Of a stretch of 64,000 bases of DNA, positions 1 through 14,100 are shown one piece after another (positions within the stretch are counted from its first letter, which is position 1; the number at the start of each line of letters is the position of its first letter). Both the position numbers and the translations under genes were made by a program. Origin of the DNA: Pristiophorus japonicus (lineage: Eukaryota). The DNA lies in the NCBI RefSeq assembly GCF_044704955.1, contig NC_091984.1, forward strand, positions 204,166,001-204,230,000, given 5' to 3'. Below the pieces are notes generated by a model. The model saw nothing but the letters and a program-made list of their open reading frames with translations. It did no database searches and was not told the DNA's origin.

Positions 1-28
1 CCCCTTTATCCACCCTGTTCGTTACATC

Positions 29-740
29 AGTCATTGAAGGTTGGCATGCAGGTGCAGCAGGCGGTTAAGAAAGCAAATGGCATGTTGGCCTTCATAGCAA
101 GGGGATTTGAGTACAGGGGCAGGGAGGTGTTGCTACAGTTGTACAGGGCATTGGTGAGGCCACACCTGGAGTATTGTGTACAGTTTTGGTCTCCTAACCT
201 GAGGAAGGACATTCTTGCTACTGAGGGAGTGCAGCGAAGGTTCACCAGACTGATTCCCGGGATGGCGGGACTGACCTATCAAGAAAGACTGGATCAACTG
301 GGCTTGTATTCACTGGAGTTCAGAAGAATGAGAGGGGACCTCATAGAAACATTTAAAATTCTGACGGGGTTAGACAGGTTAGATGCAGGAAGAATGTTCC
401 CAATGTTGGGGAAGTCCAGAACCAGAGGTCACAGTCTAAGGATAAGGGATAAGCCATTTAGGACCGAGATGCGGAGGAACTTCTTCACCCAGAGAGTGGT
501 GAACCTGTGGAATTCTCTACCACAGAAAGTTGTTGAGGCCAATTCACTAAATATATTCAAAAAGGAGTTAGATGAGGTCCTTACTACTAGGGGGATCAAG
601 GGGTATGGTGAGAAAGCAGGAATGGGGTACTGAAGTTGAATGTTCAGCCATGAACTCATTGAATGGCGGTGCAGGCTAGAAGGGCCGAATGGCCTACTCC
701 TGCACCTATTTTCTATGTTTCTATGTTTCTATGTTTCTAT
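29..740 (+). mobile_element. Young 5'-truncated CR1 LINE inserted in an older antisense CR1 remnant (1-28, 741-825)
   Basis: ORF 34..633 is the CR1 RT C-terminus (RPHLEYCVQFWSP, RTRGHSL); (TTTCTATG)n tail; the host sequence resumes across the insert (compare 14311-14400). Confidence 0.93.
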
Positions 741-1639
741 CCTCAAAGAATTCCAGCAAATTTGTCAAACATGACTTCCTCTTCATAAATCCATGCGAAC
801 TCTGCCTGACTGAATTATGCTTTCAATACCATATCTGTTCTAAACTTTAACCATTCACTTTCTAAAATGTTAATCTTGATTTTTAAATGTATTCAAATGA
901 ATCAATTTGCAGTAATAGCATGTATGAAGTAACATCCGTCATCATACCCTCCTCTGTTTATAATGTAAATAATATTTTCAAGAATTAGGAAATTACACTT
1001 TATCATCCAAAACAGTACGAATTTGGCACTTCGTATAAATATAACGAAAACTCTAATTTTATTATTTTAAATACCAACCTCCACCTGGAAATCTTGACAC
1101 ACCTTAATTGAATTGGGAGGGTTCAAGAATACAAATCTGAATTTCCTGAGACCCACGCTCCATTCTGGTAAACACACGGGAAAATGTTCACTGGATGCCA
1201 TGGTTCATTTTTGCCAGATCCCCTGGAGGAACACAATTACTCGGATCTCACAATGAAGACAGTTTCCAGTCAAAAAGAAACTCCAAAATAAAGAGGTAAA
1301 TCTTGAAATGTACAACAGGTTGCTCAGCAACTGAAAGAGAAAGACGAGTGTCTCCGAAATTATGACTCTTCATCAGAAAGGAGTTCTAGGCCTACCAGAA
1401 CCTCACTTGTTTTTGGGCTTAAACATTTCACTGATGTTTGCTGTAACTCGCTCCTAACATCTTCTTTGTGTTGCCCACTCCATATAACAGTTCGGCTTTA
1501 TATCCACAAGAACTTCATTAACGCAGCTCTCCACATGAGGAAGACTCCGATAGTTCATTAATATTATCAGTAGTAATAATACGTCAACTAATAATTATAA
1601 ACCACCGATATTAGGCCAAGTAACTCCTTCTGTTGTCAT

Positions 1640-2120
1640 GGAACGCGTTCGGGTCAACAATTGCTTGCTCTCTGACCTTCGCCCTTTCACCCGGCGGACG
1701 TCACTCAGCCTAGTGACAAGATGGCCGCTGAGCGGGTGGAATTGGATTTTGGGGACCGCCAACTGTTCGAGGAGTTTGAAGATTCAAAGCCTTCTCACGT
1801 CCGTTTTACCGACTCCGAGGATGCGGGCGAGACGGAGGCTATGAAGGGAAAGCTGCAGGAATGCGAGGAGAGCGTAGGTTACCTGAAGGCGGAGAATATC
1901 CTTCTGTTTCAGTGAAATGTGACTCACAGAATCAAACGGGGCGCCTCAGGAGCGATTGGCTCGTGTCGGAGAAGCCGCGTAAAGTGGGATTAAACGGGGC
2001 AGAGCGGCCGTTTAACGACGTTCGCTCGCTGTTTTCAGGCGTTCGTTAGCAATTTGTGAGATCGCAGTTACCCGGTTTTTCTAATCTGATTTTGGTTTCG
2101 CTTCTTGGTTTGGCTTCACC
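1640..2120 (+). promoter_or_regulatory. CpG-rich ZCCHC8 promoter / exon 1 region
   Basis: Local CpG enrichment in CpG-poor DNA; CRE-like GACGTCA near 1697; YY1-like AAGATGGCCG over the start codon. Confidence 0.6.
1721..1895 (+). CDS. ZCCHC8: ZCCHC8 exon 1 (coding part)
   Basis: ATG in aagATGG context; MAAERVELDFGDRQLFEEF...LKAE; ends at the U12 donor A|ATATCCTT. Confidence 0.93.
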
Positions 2121-5100
2121 GGATAGGCCCAGAACAGAGGCCTCCGATTCATCTAATTGTAGCTTCGCTTTCAATTCCTCAGGAATCCGACCGGAGTAAC
2201 TTCCTGCACTCGAAACGCGTTTTTTTTTTAAACCGCTCCCTATGGAGTGTTTATATGATTTTAATCTATTTAGTTTGGAGCAAATCTAATTTTAGACTAA
2301 GCACATGTGCGGCAATGGATGTGTTCATTCAGAATGATTGTAAATTTCGTTGCCTTGAAATTTGTAACTTTTTTCCCAGTCTCATACCTGCAGAGTTCAT
2401 TCATTGCTGCTCTGAAATAGCTTTTGATTAACCCATTTACGGTCAATCCATGGAATAATGTACATCATTTGTATGTTTCAAAATCTTAAATGTCTGTCAT
2501 TACTCCAAAACCATTGATAAATGTCGTAGTAGACACTCTTCCTGTAATAAAGGTTAAATTATGATTCATTCAAATTGCAAATTTAGCGTCAGTGTAAAGG
2601 GGTAATCGGATGTGAAGGTCCGAACTAAAGCGGAGTGAGACTCCTTCCTCCAGACCATAACTCTGGATTCAGTCTGCATTTAAACTGTAATTGTAATACA
2701 GGCGCAAAGCCAAACCGCTTCACATGGGTGCAAAAATTGTTGTGTTAATGCACTTTTGGTCCTGATTTGAGACTGGCCACTGCTTGGAAGTATGTAGAAC
2801 TAGTTCTCCAGACAGACTCTACATAATCATACCAAGTACCGATTAATTTCTGATAAGATTAAAAATGAAGTTTAAAAAGTTCTGAGGTAGTCTGTTTGCT
2901 TAGCACTACGTGTAGTCATGTAGCTGGTGCTAAAGCTGAAGGACTGAGACAACCTTCTTGAGCTGGTCTCCCACCACTTATTAAAATATGAAATACCACA
3001 ACATGCAGTTATAGCTGTATTTTTGCATTGGTGTAAAAACAACTGAAAAATGTGTCGTAATATCTAGGAAAAATAAATCTGGTATTTTGTTTTGGTGCTG
3101 ATATTGTGTAGACCTCTGTCCATTTCAAATGAGGATTATTGTAAATGCATGGTGATTGGTGCAGTGTTAAATTGTGTTTTTATACGGGTGTGAATGATGC
3201 TGATTGGCATCATTTTATTATTGAGATTTGTGAGATGTCTGTGTAGTCCTTGGTGATTAAAGTTTGAAGTTGAGAGAAGGAAAACTAACAAGTATAGCTT
3301 TCTTGCCATTATTTAGTAAATAAAAGATTACCACTATTACAGTATGGTGTGTGTGGTAAAAGATGGGTTGAATAGTGTACAAGTAGCTGAGTATATTTTA
3401 ATGTACTAATAAAATATTGTACGATGTCCTGACCACAGTACACTGGAAAAAGGTTTTTTAAGGGTTTGATCTTGAATGCTTATTGTCAATATGTTGAGGT
3501 TTTTTCCTTAACAGTCTGTTAACATCAGGAACTGAGGAGGAAGTTGAACTTGTTGACCCAGCCAAGGTAACATGAATATACATTTTGCATTTAACACTGA
3601 ATAATGTTTTCGGTCATTGTGTTCAAATGAACTGCTGCATTCCGTCACACAGATAATGTAATATTTTCCATTTTATACACTGCTATCTCCATACATGTCA
3701 ATGGATTGTATGTTAATATTTGGCCAGTTTTATATTCTGCATTTTAGCCATTAATAGCTTAAGAGACTGCCATTACATAAAATCGTCAATATATCTTGGT
3801 TTATAGGACACAGTTGCTTGGCACATTTGTGCAATGTATTAACCGAATAAATGTAATATGTCTGGTTTGTGTTTAACTTTCAACATAAATGTTGAATATG
3901 GAATCCAATCCAAGTTAAGTTTTGAACATTTTCATTAACTTCTAACCTTTCTTTGTGCCAGTAAAATAGTTGTGAGTGACTCCAAAACAGATGGTCCAAT
4001 GGTTCAGATATTATTTATGAACAATAATATTTCAAAGTAAGTTTGAGTTTAAGCATAATCACATTTTAAAGTTTTACTTATTGCTTTACAGTATTTCCAA
4101 TTTGTCACCAGCTGCTCTGATTTGTGCACCCATTTAATTTCAGGCAGTTTCATCAAGAAATTGAAGATTTCATTACAGGTTTAGCTGAAAAATATGAAAA
4201 AGAAACGCAAAGTGACCCTGAAAAAACATCATTTAATGTGAAACCTCAGGTGAATAAATATATAATTTCAGAAAATACAGATTTTGTTCAGAGAATTTTT
4301 GAAATATTTATATAAAAATACCTTTCTTTTCAGCCATCAAGTGTGCTACTGGAAGAGCACCTGGAAGTGAAAACTTTAAATACGGTCAAGAGAATAAAAG
4401 ATGCATTTCATGTAAGTGACAAATCCTAATATCATTATTTGTTTGAATTATTAAAAGCCATGGCTCAAAACTGAAGTCACAATCTCTGAGCAGATCAGAA
4501 AGATCCAAGTTTGATCCCTGGTCTGTGCCGAGTTAGCTGGTCTCTGGAGTTAGCAGGAGTGATGCAATTGGCAGCAGTGTTCCCCTGGGTTGGGTAAGGA
4601 CAAATCGACCAGGATTCCCGCACCTACTTGCAATCCAATAGCTCCTGTTGCAAATGCACGTGGATACCAGATGAGGACAGGTTTGAGCTTGGTGCAATGT
4701 GTGGCACAGTCAATAGTCAATTGCCATTCACTGTCCTGGCTCATTTGAATAATGGTCTCTTGGATGAGGTATCAGAAGGATCATGAATTCTATTCAAATT
4801 ATTTAATCTTCTGTGGCAGTTCTCCCAGCACCAAAGATAGTCAAGCAGAACTTCAGAATATCTAAACATGTTATTCAACCGTGGTTCTTTCCATGGTCCT
4901 CACAGTTTAGAAATAATTGCATTCCGAATTTGGTCATCCCTGGCTCCAATTAAAACTTGTTCCTAACTGGACGTTAGCCATTTTTAAAAATTAAGGCATT
5001 AATACCATGCTAACTGCTATGTAATGAGCTTTTCACATATAGGATGGTGGGGGAAATTCTTGTCCCTATTCTTGTTTGAAGCTTGTTAATTTTGTACTCG

Positions 5101-8100
5101 TGCTTAGTTCTTTTCTCATTCTTGCATCTGCCTTCTCTCTTAGCATTTTACCTGGATTGTTGCCCCCCTCAATCTCTTAAATGATTCTCTTCATAACTTA
5201 ACAGAAATATCACTGTTACATTTCTCTGATACCTCAGAAAAACATTTAGTTTTTGAAAGTAGTATGGCCAAAACTACATGATATTCGAAATGTGGTATTG
5301 CCATTCATCTAATCAAGGTTAAAGTAATTTGTCTTAACACATAGTCACATACTCTTGAGATGCATCCTGGTATTTGATTAGCTTTGTTGAGGGTCCCAAA
5401 TTGATCATACTCTTTCAATGCATGGTCATTAATCTTCTTTAATTCTTTTTCTATTCCAACTTTATTAATGTGCATTTCAAAACAGGATCTCTGTGCATTG
5501 TTTAGAAACATAGAAAATAGGTGCAGGAGTAGGCCATTCGGCCCTTCGAGCCTGCACCACCATTCCATGAGTTCATGGTTGAACATGCAACTTCAGTACC
5601 CCATTCCTGCTTTCTCGCCATACCCCTTGATCCCCCTAGTAGTAAGGACTACATCTAACTCCTTTTTGAATATATTTAGTGAATTGGCCTCAACAACTTT
5701 CTGTGGTAGAGAATTCCACAGGTTCACCACTCTCTGGGTGAAGAAGTTTCTCCTCATCTCAGTCCTAAATGGCTTACTTCTTATCCTTAGACTGTGACCC
5801 CTGGTTCTGGACTTCCCCAACGTTGGGAACATTCTTCCTGCATCTAACCTGTCTAAACTCGTCAGAATTTTAAACGTTTCTGAGATCCCCTCTCATTCTT
5901 CTGAACGCCGGTGAATACAAGTCCAGTTGATCCAGTCTTTCTTGATATGTCAGTCCCGCCATCCCGGGAATCAGTCTGGTGAACCTTCGCTGCACTCCCT
6001 CAATAGCAAGAATGTCCTTGCTCAAGTTAGGAGACCAAAACTGTACACAATACTCCCAGGTGTGGCCTCACCAAGGCCCTATACAAATGTAGTAACACCT
6101 CCCTGCCCCTGTATTCAAATCCCCTAACTATGAAGGCCAACATGCCATTTGCTTTCTTAACCGCCTGCTGTACCTGTATGCCAACCTTTAATGACTGATG
6201 TACCATGACACCCAGGTCTCGTTGCACCTCCCCTTTTCCTAATCTGTCACCATTCAGATAATGGTCTGTCTCTCTGTTTTTACCACCAAAGTGGATAACC
6301 TCACATTTATCCACATTATACTTCATCTGCCATGCATTTGCCCACTCGCCTAACCTATCCAAGTCACTCTGCAGCCTCATAGCATCCTCCTCGCAGCTCA
6401 CACTGCCACCCAACTTAGTGTCATCCGCAAATTTGGAGATACTACATTTAATCCCCTCGTCCAAATCATTAATGTACAATGTAAACAGCTGGGGCCCCAG
6501 CACAGAATCTTGTGGTACCCCACTAGTCACTGCCTGCCATTCTGAAAAGTACCCATTTACTCCTACTCTTTGCTTCCTGTCTGCCAACCAGTTCTCAATC
6601 CACATCAGCACACTACCCCCAATCCCATGTGCTTTAACTTTGCACATTAATCTCTTGTGTGGGACCTTGTCGAAAGCCTTCTGAAAGTCCAAATACACCA
6701 CATCAGCTGGTTCCCCCTTGTCCACTCTACTGGAAACATCCTCAAAAAAATTCCAGAAGATTTGTCAAGCATGATTTCCCTTTCACAAATCCATGCTGAC
6801 TTGGACCTATCATGTCACCTCTTTCCAAATGCGCTGCTATGACATCCTTAATAATTGATTCCATCATTTTACCCACTACCGATGTCAGGCTGACCGATCT
6901 ATAATGCCCTGTTTTCTCTCTTCCCTCCTTTTTTTTAAAAAGTGGGGTTACATTGGCTACCCTCCACTCCATAGGAACTGATCCAGAGTCTATGGAATGT
7001 TGGAAAATGACTGTCAATGCATCCGCTATTTCCAAGGCCACCTCCTTAAGTACTCTGGGATGCAGTCCATCAGACCCTGGGGATTTATCGGCCTTCAATC
7101 CCATCAATTTCCCCAACACAATTTCCCGACTAATAAGGATTTCCCTCAGTTCCTCCTTGCTATAGACCCTCTGACCCCTTTTATATCCGGAAGGTTATTT
7201 GTGTCCTCCTCAGTGAATACCGAACCAAAATACTTGTTCAATTGGTCTGCCATTTCTTTGTTCCCCGTTATGACTTCCCCTGATTCTGACTGCAGAGAAC
7301 CTACGTTTGTCTTTACTAACCTTTTTCTCTTTACATATCGATAGAAGCTTTTGCAATCCGTCTTAATGTTCCCTGCAAGCTTCCTCTCGTTCTCTATTTT
7401 CCCTGCCCTAATCAAACCCTTTGTCCTCCTCTGCTGAGTTCTAAATTTCTCCCATTCCCAGGGTTTGCTGCTATTTCTGGCCAATTTGTATGCCACTTCC
7501 TTGGCTTTAATACTATCCCTGATTTCCCTTGATAGCCACGGTTGAGCCACCTTCCCTTTTTTATTTTTACGCCAGACAGGGATGTACAATTGTTGTAGTT
7601 CATCCATGAGGTCTCAATGTCTGCTGTCAACCCCTTAAGTATCATTCGCCAATCTATCCTAGCCAATTCACGCCTCATACCTTCAAAGTTACCCTTCTTT
7701 AAGTTCTGGACCATGGTCTCTGAATTAACTGTTTCATTCTCCATCCTAATGTAGAATTCCACCATATTATGGTCACTCTTCCCCAAGAGGCCTCGCACAA
7801 CGAGATTGCTAATTAATCCTCTCTCATTACACAACACCCAGTCTAAGATGGCCTCCCCCCTAGTTGGTTCCTTGACATATTGGTCTAGAAAACCATCCCT
7901 TATGCACTCCAGGAAATCCTCCACTGTATTGTTTCCAGTTTGGTTAGCCAAAATCTATATGCATATTAAAGTTACCCATGATAACTGCATGCACCCCTAA
8001 TTTCCTGTTTGATGCCCTCCCCAACATCACTACTACTGTTTGGAGGTCTGTACACAACTCCCACTAGTGTTTTCTGCCCCTTGGTATTCCGTAGCTCCAC

Positions 8101-11100
8101 CCATACTGATTCCACATCATCCAAGCTAATGTCTTTCCTTACAATTGCATTAATTTCCTCTTTAACCAGCAACGCCACCCCGCCTCCTTTTCCTTTGTCT
8201 ATCCTTCCTAAATGTTGAATACCCTTGGATGTTGAGTTCCCAGCCTTGGTCACCCTGGAGCCACGTCTCCGTGATGCCAACCACATCGTATCCGTTAACT
8301 GCTATCTGCACAGTTAATTCATCCACCTTATTCCGAATACACCTCGCATTGAGGCACAGAGCCTTCAGGCTTGCCTTTTTAACGCACGTAGACCCTTTAG
8401 AATTTTGCTGCAAAATGGCCCTTTTTTGTTTTTTGCCTTGGGTTTCTCTGCCCTCCACTTTTACTCATCTCCTTTCTGTCTTTTGCTTCTGTCTCAATTT
8501 TGTTTCCCTCTGTCTCCCTGCATTGGTTCCCATCCCCCTGCCATATTAGTTTAACTCCTCCCCAACAATACTCGCAAACACTCCCCCTAGGACATTGGTT
8601 CCAATCCTGCCCAGGTGCAGACAGTCCGGTTTGTACTGGTCCCACCTCCCCCAGAACCGGTTCCAATGCCCCAGGAATTTGAATCCTCCCTGCTGCACCA
8701 CTGCTCAAGCCATGTATTCATCTGTTTAATGTATTTAGACTCATCAGTTGATTTTTATAATTTGGTGTTGCCTGCAAATTTTATATTACATGCATTATTC
8801 CCTGCCATATTATTTGCATTGTGGTAACAGTTGGGAAACCAGAATTGATTGCTGAAGAATTTATTCCTTATTGCCCTTTTTTCTCACGGCTTTTCCATTT
8901 ATCAGCACCTTTTTTCTATTACCCAAGTCTGCTGTATTTATAGAAACGTTGACAGCATCCTGTATAAACCTTTTGACTATTTTGCCTCACTACTAGTATT
9001 AAGCTAACATGGTCCATAATTTACTGGCTCATGTTTCATACTGTTTTTCAGAAATGGGATAAAATTCAGTATCTTCCAAATGGCCCCAATCCTCAGATGC
9101 AAGTTCCATATTTGTGGAATTCCTAAAAATGTTGTTCACAGCCATACCTAATTCCTCTTGTATCTTTTGAGAATTCTAGGGTGTGTCCTATCTGGTCTAA
9201 GTACCATTAAAAGTTCATTTCTTGAGGGTTTTTTTCAATATACACTTCAGACCTGTAATGGATTTCTGAGCCCGTGATTGTATCCAGAATTGTACATCAG
9301 CTGTTTTTTTATTTTGATTTGATTTTGGGAGACCAATGTTTGAGCTGTCATTTACATGGCTAAATCTGGCTTCCTTATCCTTGTGACAGACTAGGTCTGT
9401 TCATCTGCCATCAGGATAAGGGAAAATACTTAGTAGTTTAAATGCTGGGAGATAGCTCATAATGCAGATTCCAAGAGGCTGGCATCCAACAGCGCCAGTG
9501 TAAAAGAAATTCTAGTCTTCATTTGTGAAGAGCAATGTAAAGAATTTAACATGCCTTCCATTTCCGACACCTATGTTTCTGCCACATTTAACCATTTAAA
9601 TGTCTTATCTGGTATTTTATCACTCGGCTACTACAGTACATGTATAGCTAAAACATTTATTTGGATTCCAGTCTATAATCTAACATTCTACTGCTCTCAT
9701 CTCTTCTGTATTCATTTTAATTATTGGAAACTGATATTTGCATGATTCTGAGTCCTAAGCATTAATTGTTTTCTTGTATCCTTTCATTTTGTGCTGATGG
9801 ACCATCCAAACTTTATTTTATACACATTTGACTGCAGTTTTAACTGATCATAACCCTTTTACCTATGTTGAGTTAGTTTATTATGGCAGCCACTGAATTC
9901 AATGCAACTATTTCTAATAATTTTATATGGGGCATGTTTTAAATAATTTTTCTTTGCACTGTGCACTATTGCACTGTTGAGAGGGCCAGCAGGTTCTGTT
10001 AATACTGCTAAGAGATGATACCCTCAGATGATTCCCTCTTCATGTGTGGGGAAAACACCCAATCTTTGCTGTGCTGCCTCTCTTCTATATATGGCCTGGC
10101 TGAGCTCAGGACCTGTTTGGGGGTGGGGGCAGCTCATATCATACTACCCCATGGCTTTGCACTGGTACATCAATGCACTATGCACCAGATCTCCTCCTGT
10201 ACTTGTATTTAATTAACTAAATGATCGGGTCATATCTGTCTCATAGTTTCTTTTAAGTTAGTTTCCAATGCTAATTACCATATGTTTATCCTTGTGGTCC
10301 TCTAGTAAACAAATGTATTTATGCAGACACTACAGTATTGCATACTGAGCCACTTTCTGTTCCAAGCATATTAATTCTTGGATGCACTGTACTGAACTTG
10401 ACTGAGATTATTTTGTTCAGTATGCTATTTCCAGCCTCCCTGTTTCTTAGCTGGACCTGTATTGCCACAGGAAAACAAATCTATAAGTATGAATTTCCTT
10501 TATACTATGATAGTGGTATTTACACTAATCTATACAACATAATTCTTACAATGTTATTGTCTGTAATTGAGCCAGGTAATTTATAATACTAGTAATATGA
10601 CAGTAGTAGAAAATTCACAATTTTCCATGATCCAAAACAATCAGATTTCCTGTGTTTTTAAACATTACAAGAAAATCAGGTATCTCCATTTGCATATGTT
10701 TTATCCTCCATCCAAGTGCAGTTTAGTTTTAAAATATAATGACAACTACAAAAGAATAGCAATCTGTACACCAGGTTTTAAATAATCTGATTTGGTGTCT
10801 GCCACAAGAGCTTTTCTGTATGCTATTTTAGAATAGTTGTTTAACATTTCAAGTATTACTGTGACTGTTGTTTTTTTTTTTCCCTGTGATTTGATGAAGT
10901 CCCTCTTGATTATTGCACTGTAGATACGTTGAACATATGCACAGTGAATTATTTGAACTTTAATGTGACAATTATTGCAGTAGCAAAACAAACGATCATT
11001 AGTCTTTTGCCAACTAGTACATATTAGGAAAGTTTTTGTAAATTGTTTTCATGCAGGTTGTGGGAAGCGTTCAGTACTTCACCAACTTTTGCCTTGACAA

Positions 11101-14100
11101 ACTCGGACAACCATTGCTAAATGAGAATCCACAGCTGACAGATGGATGGGAAATACCCAAGTATCCTGCACACTGAATGGAAAGCTTCTACCTCAGTTGA
11201 CTTGTTCATTGTCTGTTAGATCGATATATCTTCTGAATTGATTCTGAACAGAATATAAAATCATATGGATTTTTTTCTAGCCATTCGGGGTGTCAGTGTA
11301 CTGTTAGCATACTGTATTAGGAGTTTGGGAATAAAATATTTCTCATTCAGATGTAAATTTCCAAATGCAACTAGTTTAATGCTATAACTTTAATTTGTGG
11401 ACTTCCAAATGTTTATAAATTTTAGCAGATAAGATGTTTTCCAATCTATTTGAAATCTATTTCATCGCTTTATTAAAATAATGCTCCTGATCTTCTGAAG
11501 AGGAGGAAGAATGAGGATTTAAAGTGCAATCATAACTTTTATTTTTCAAAATTTAAACTTGCATCTGGTTCAGGCTGCTAGTTTTATTTAAACAAAATTG
11601 TGCAAGGACCACAGTGCCCTTAATGGTTAGAGTCAGATCTTAAAGCAAGCAGCTTTTTTGATCATCTTGACTTGCCACATATAACAGCATTACTCTCTAC
11701 ATTAATTAGTGTTTAGTTGTTTGCACAGAATACATAATTTTATTTACTGTGCAGATCACTTAACGGGTTCTTGCATGTTTGGAAATGTCTGTTCTGTAAT
11801 AGAAGTGTTGCAATATGATATGCAAAAATCGTGAAGTGATATTGTGGTCATCACCTAAGATCATAGTAATTATCATTACTCGGGTGGGTGAAGTAGTTTA
11901 AGACGACTGTAATGGTCCAGATGCAGGGGATTAATTATTTTTCATGGAAAATGACCAGATTAATGGTAAGAGTTCTACAGTTGTTGTAGCCCCTCAGTGC
12001 TTAATATAAAGAAAATTGACTTGCCATTGAGCATGAGGAACTCTTGTAATGCAATGCTGCAATTTTATTAAGGCCAAGAAGCTTATTTAAACACACAGGT
12101 TTTTGTGAAAATTAGTAATTCCTGAATGCGCTGTAAAGATATCAGCAAGTCTTCACCCAAGTTGTATCCTTAGATGGACAAGTGGAAATGAAAGCTAAGA
12201 GGTATGTATAAGTGCATGGGCTTCAAATCTTTTGTTGAAATTGATATTCAAATATGTTCTTTTGTTGAAACACACTATTAACTTAGGAAAAAACACATTT
12301 TGTATCAAATAGGCCAAAGCCTTGTTGTTTCAACTGTGGTTCAACAGAACATCAATTAAAAGATTGTCCAAAGGTAAGATCGTTGTGATTTTGTAATGAG
12401 GTCTTGTTCTAGATGGACAACAGTTACACATATCAAAGTCATATAGAGGTCAACAATCTGCTTATTCTTTGATGGGAACTTATTTTACATCAAGGTGCAC
12501 ACGCTTCTGTGACCAACTATTTTTCCTGCTTAATAATTGAGCTAAACACCAGCTTACTTAAGCTATGGTATTTGTCCATTTATAGTACTCCATCTAGGCT
12601 CAGTGGTAGTAAGCTCGCCTTTGAGTCAAAAAGATGTGGGTTCAAGCCCTGCTCCAGGACTTGAGTGCACAATCTAGGCTGTCAAATCAGTGAAGGGAGT
12701 GCTACTTTGTCAGAGGTACTGTCTTTTGGATGAGATGTTAAACTGAGTCCCTACATATATTTTTCCTGCTCAAGTGGACTCCGCAATGTTCAGAGAAGAG
12801 CAGGGAGTTCTTCTGTCCTGAGTTTCAGTCCTCCATCAACTGACACCATCAAAACAGTTTAACTGATTATTTATCTCATTTGTTGTTTGTGGGACCTTTG
12901 CTGTATGCAAATTGGCTGTGAAGTGATTTGGGACATCTTGACAAAAGGTGCTATATAATTTATTTTCTTCATTGCAGTGTTTTGATAGATTAGTAATTTT
13001 AGAAAACAAATTGAAGATTTCTAATGGGTAATGCTATCTGTGGGCTCCTTCGGTAGTTTGATGAATAAATGTTCAGCATGGAGTGGAATGGAGCAACAGA
13101 TCCTGAATTTGGTCTCTGTTGAGGCAGTGTTTACATAAGAACATAAGAAATAGGAGCAGGAGTAAGCTATACGGCCCCTCGAGCCTGCTCCGCCATTTAA
13201 TAAGATCATGGCTGATCTGATCATGGACTCGGCTCCACTTCCCCGCCTCCTCCCCATAACTCCTTATTCCCTTATCGCTTAAGAAACTGTCTATTTCTGG
13301 CTTAAATTTATTCAATGTCCCAGCTTCCTCAGCTCACGGAGACAGTGACTTCCACAGATTAACAACCCTCAGAAGAAATTTCTCTTCATCTGTTTTAAAT
13401 GGGCGGGCTCTTATTCTAAGATAATGCGCACTAGTCTCCCCCATCAGTGGAAACCTCCTCTTTGCATCCACCTGGTCAAGCCCTCTCATAATCTTATACA
13501 TTTTGATAAGATCACCTCTCATTCTTCTGAATTCCAATGAATAGAGGCCCAACCTACTTGACCTTTCCTCATAAGTCAACCCCCTCATTCCCAGAATCAA
13601 CCTAGTGAACCTTCTCTGAACTGCTTCCAAAGCAAGTGTATCCTTTCGTAAATATGGAAACCAAAACGGCACGCAGTATTCCAGGTGTGGCCTCACCAAT
13701 ACCCTGTATAGCTGTAGCAAGACTTCCCTGCTTTTATACTCCATCCTCTTTGCAATAAAGGCCAAGATACCATTGGCCTTCCTGATCACTTGCTGTACCT
13801 GCATACTAACCTTTTGTGTTGCATGCACAAGTACCCCTAGGTCCCGCTGTATTGCGGCATTTTGCAATCTTTTTCCATTTAAATAATAACTTGCTCTTTG
13901 ATTTTTTTTCTGCCAAAGTGCATGACCTCACACTTTCCAACATTATACTCCATCTGCCAAATTTTTGCGCACTCACTTAGCCTGTCTATGTCCTTTTGCA
14001 GATTTTTTGTGTCCTCACACATTGCTTTTCCTCCCATCTTTGTATCGTCAGCAAACTTGGCTACGTTACACTCAGTCACTTCTTCCAAGTCGTTTATATA

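Noticed and set aside
709-740. Short tandem repeats as CRISPR or satellite
   Set aside because: (TTTCTATG)n is the CR1 tail; there is no spacer-repeat array or prokaryotic system in the window.
1721-1915. 64-aa single-exon ORF
   Set aside because: It is ZCCHC8 exon 1 read through the AT-AC donor.
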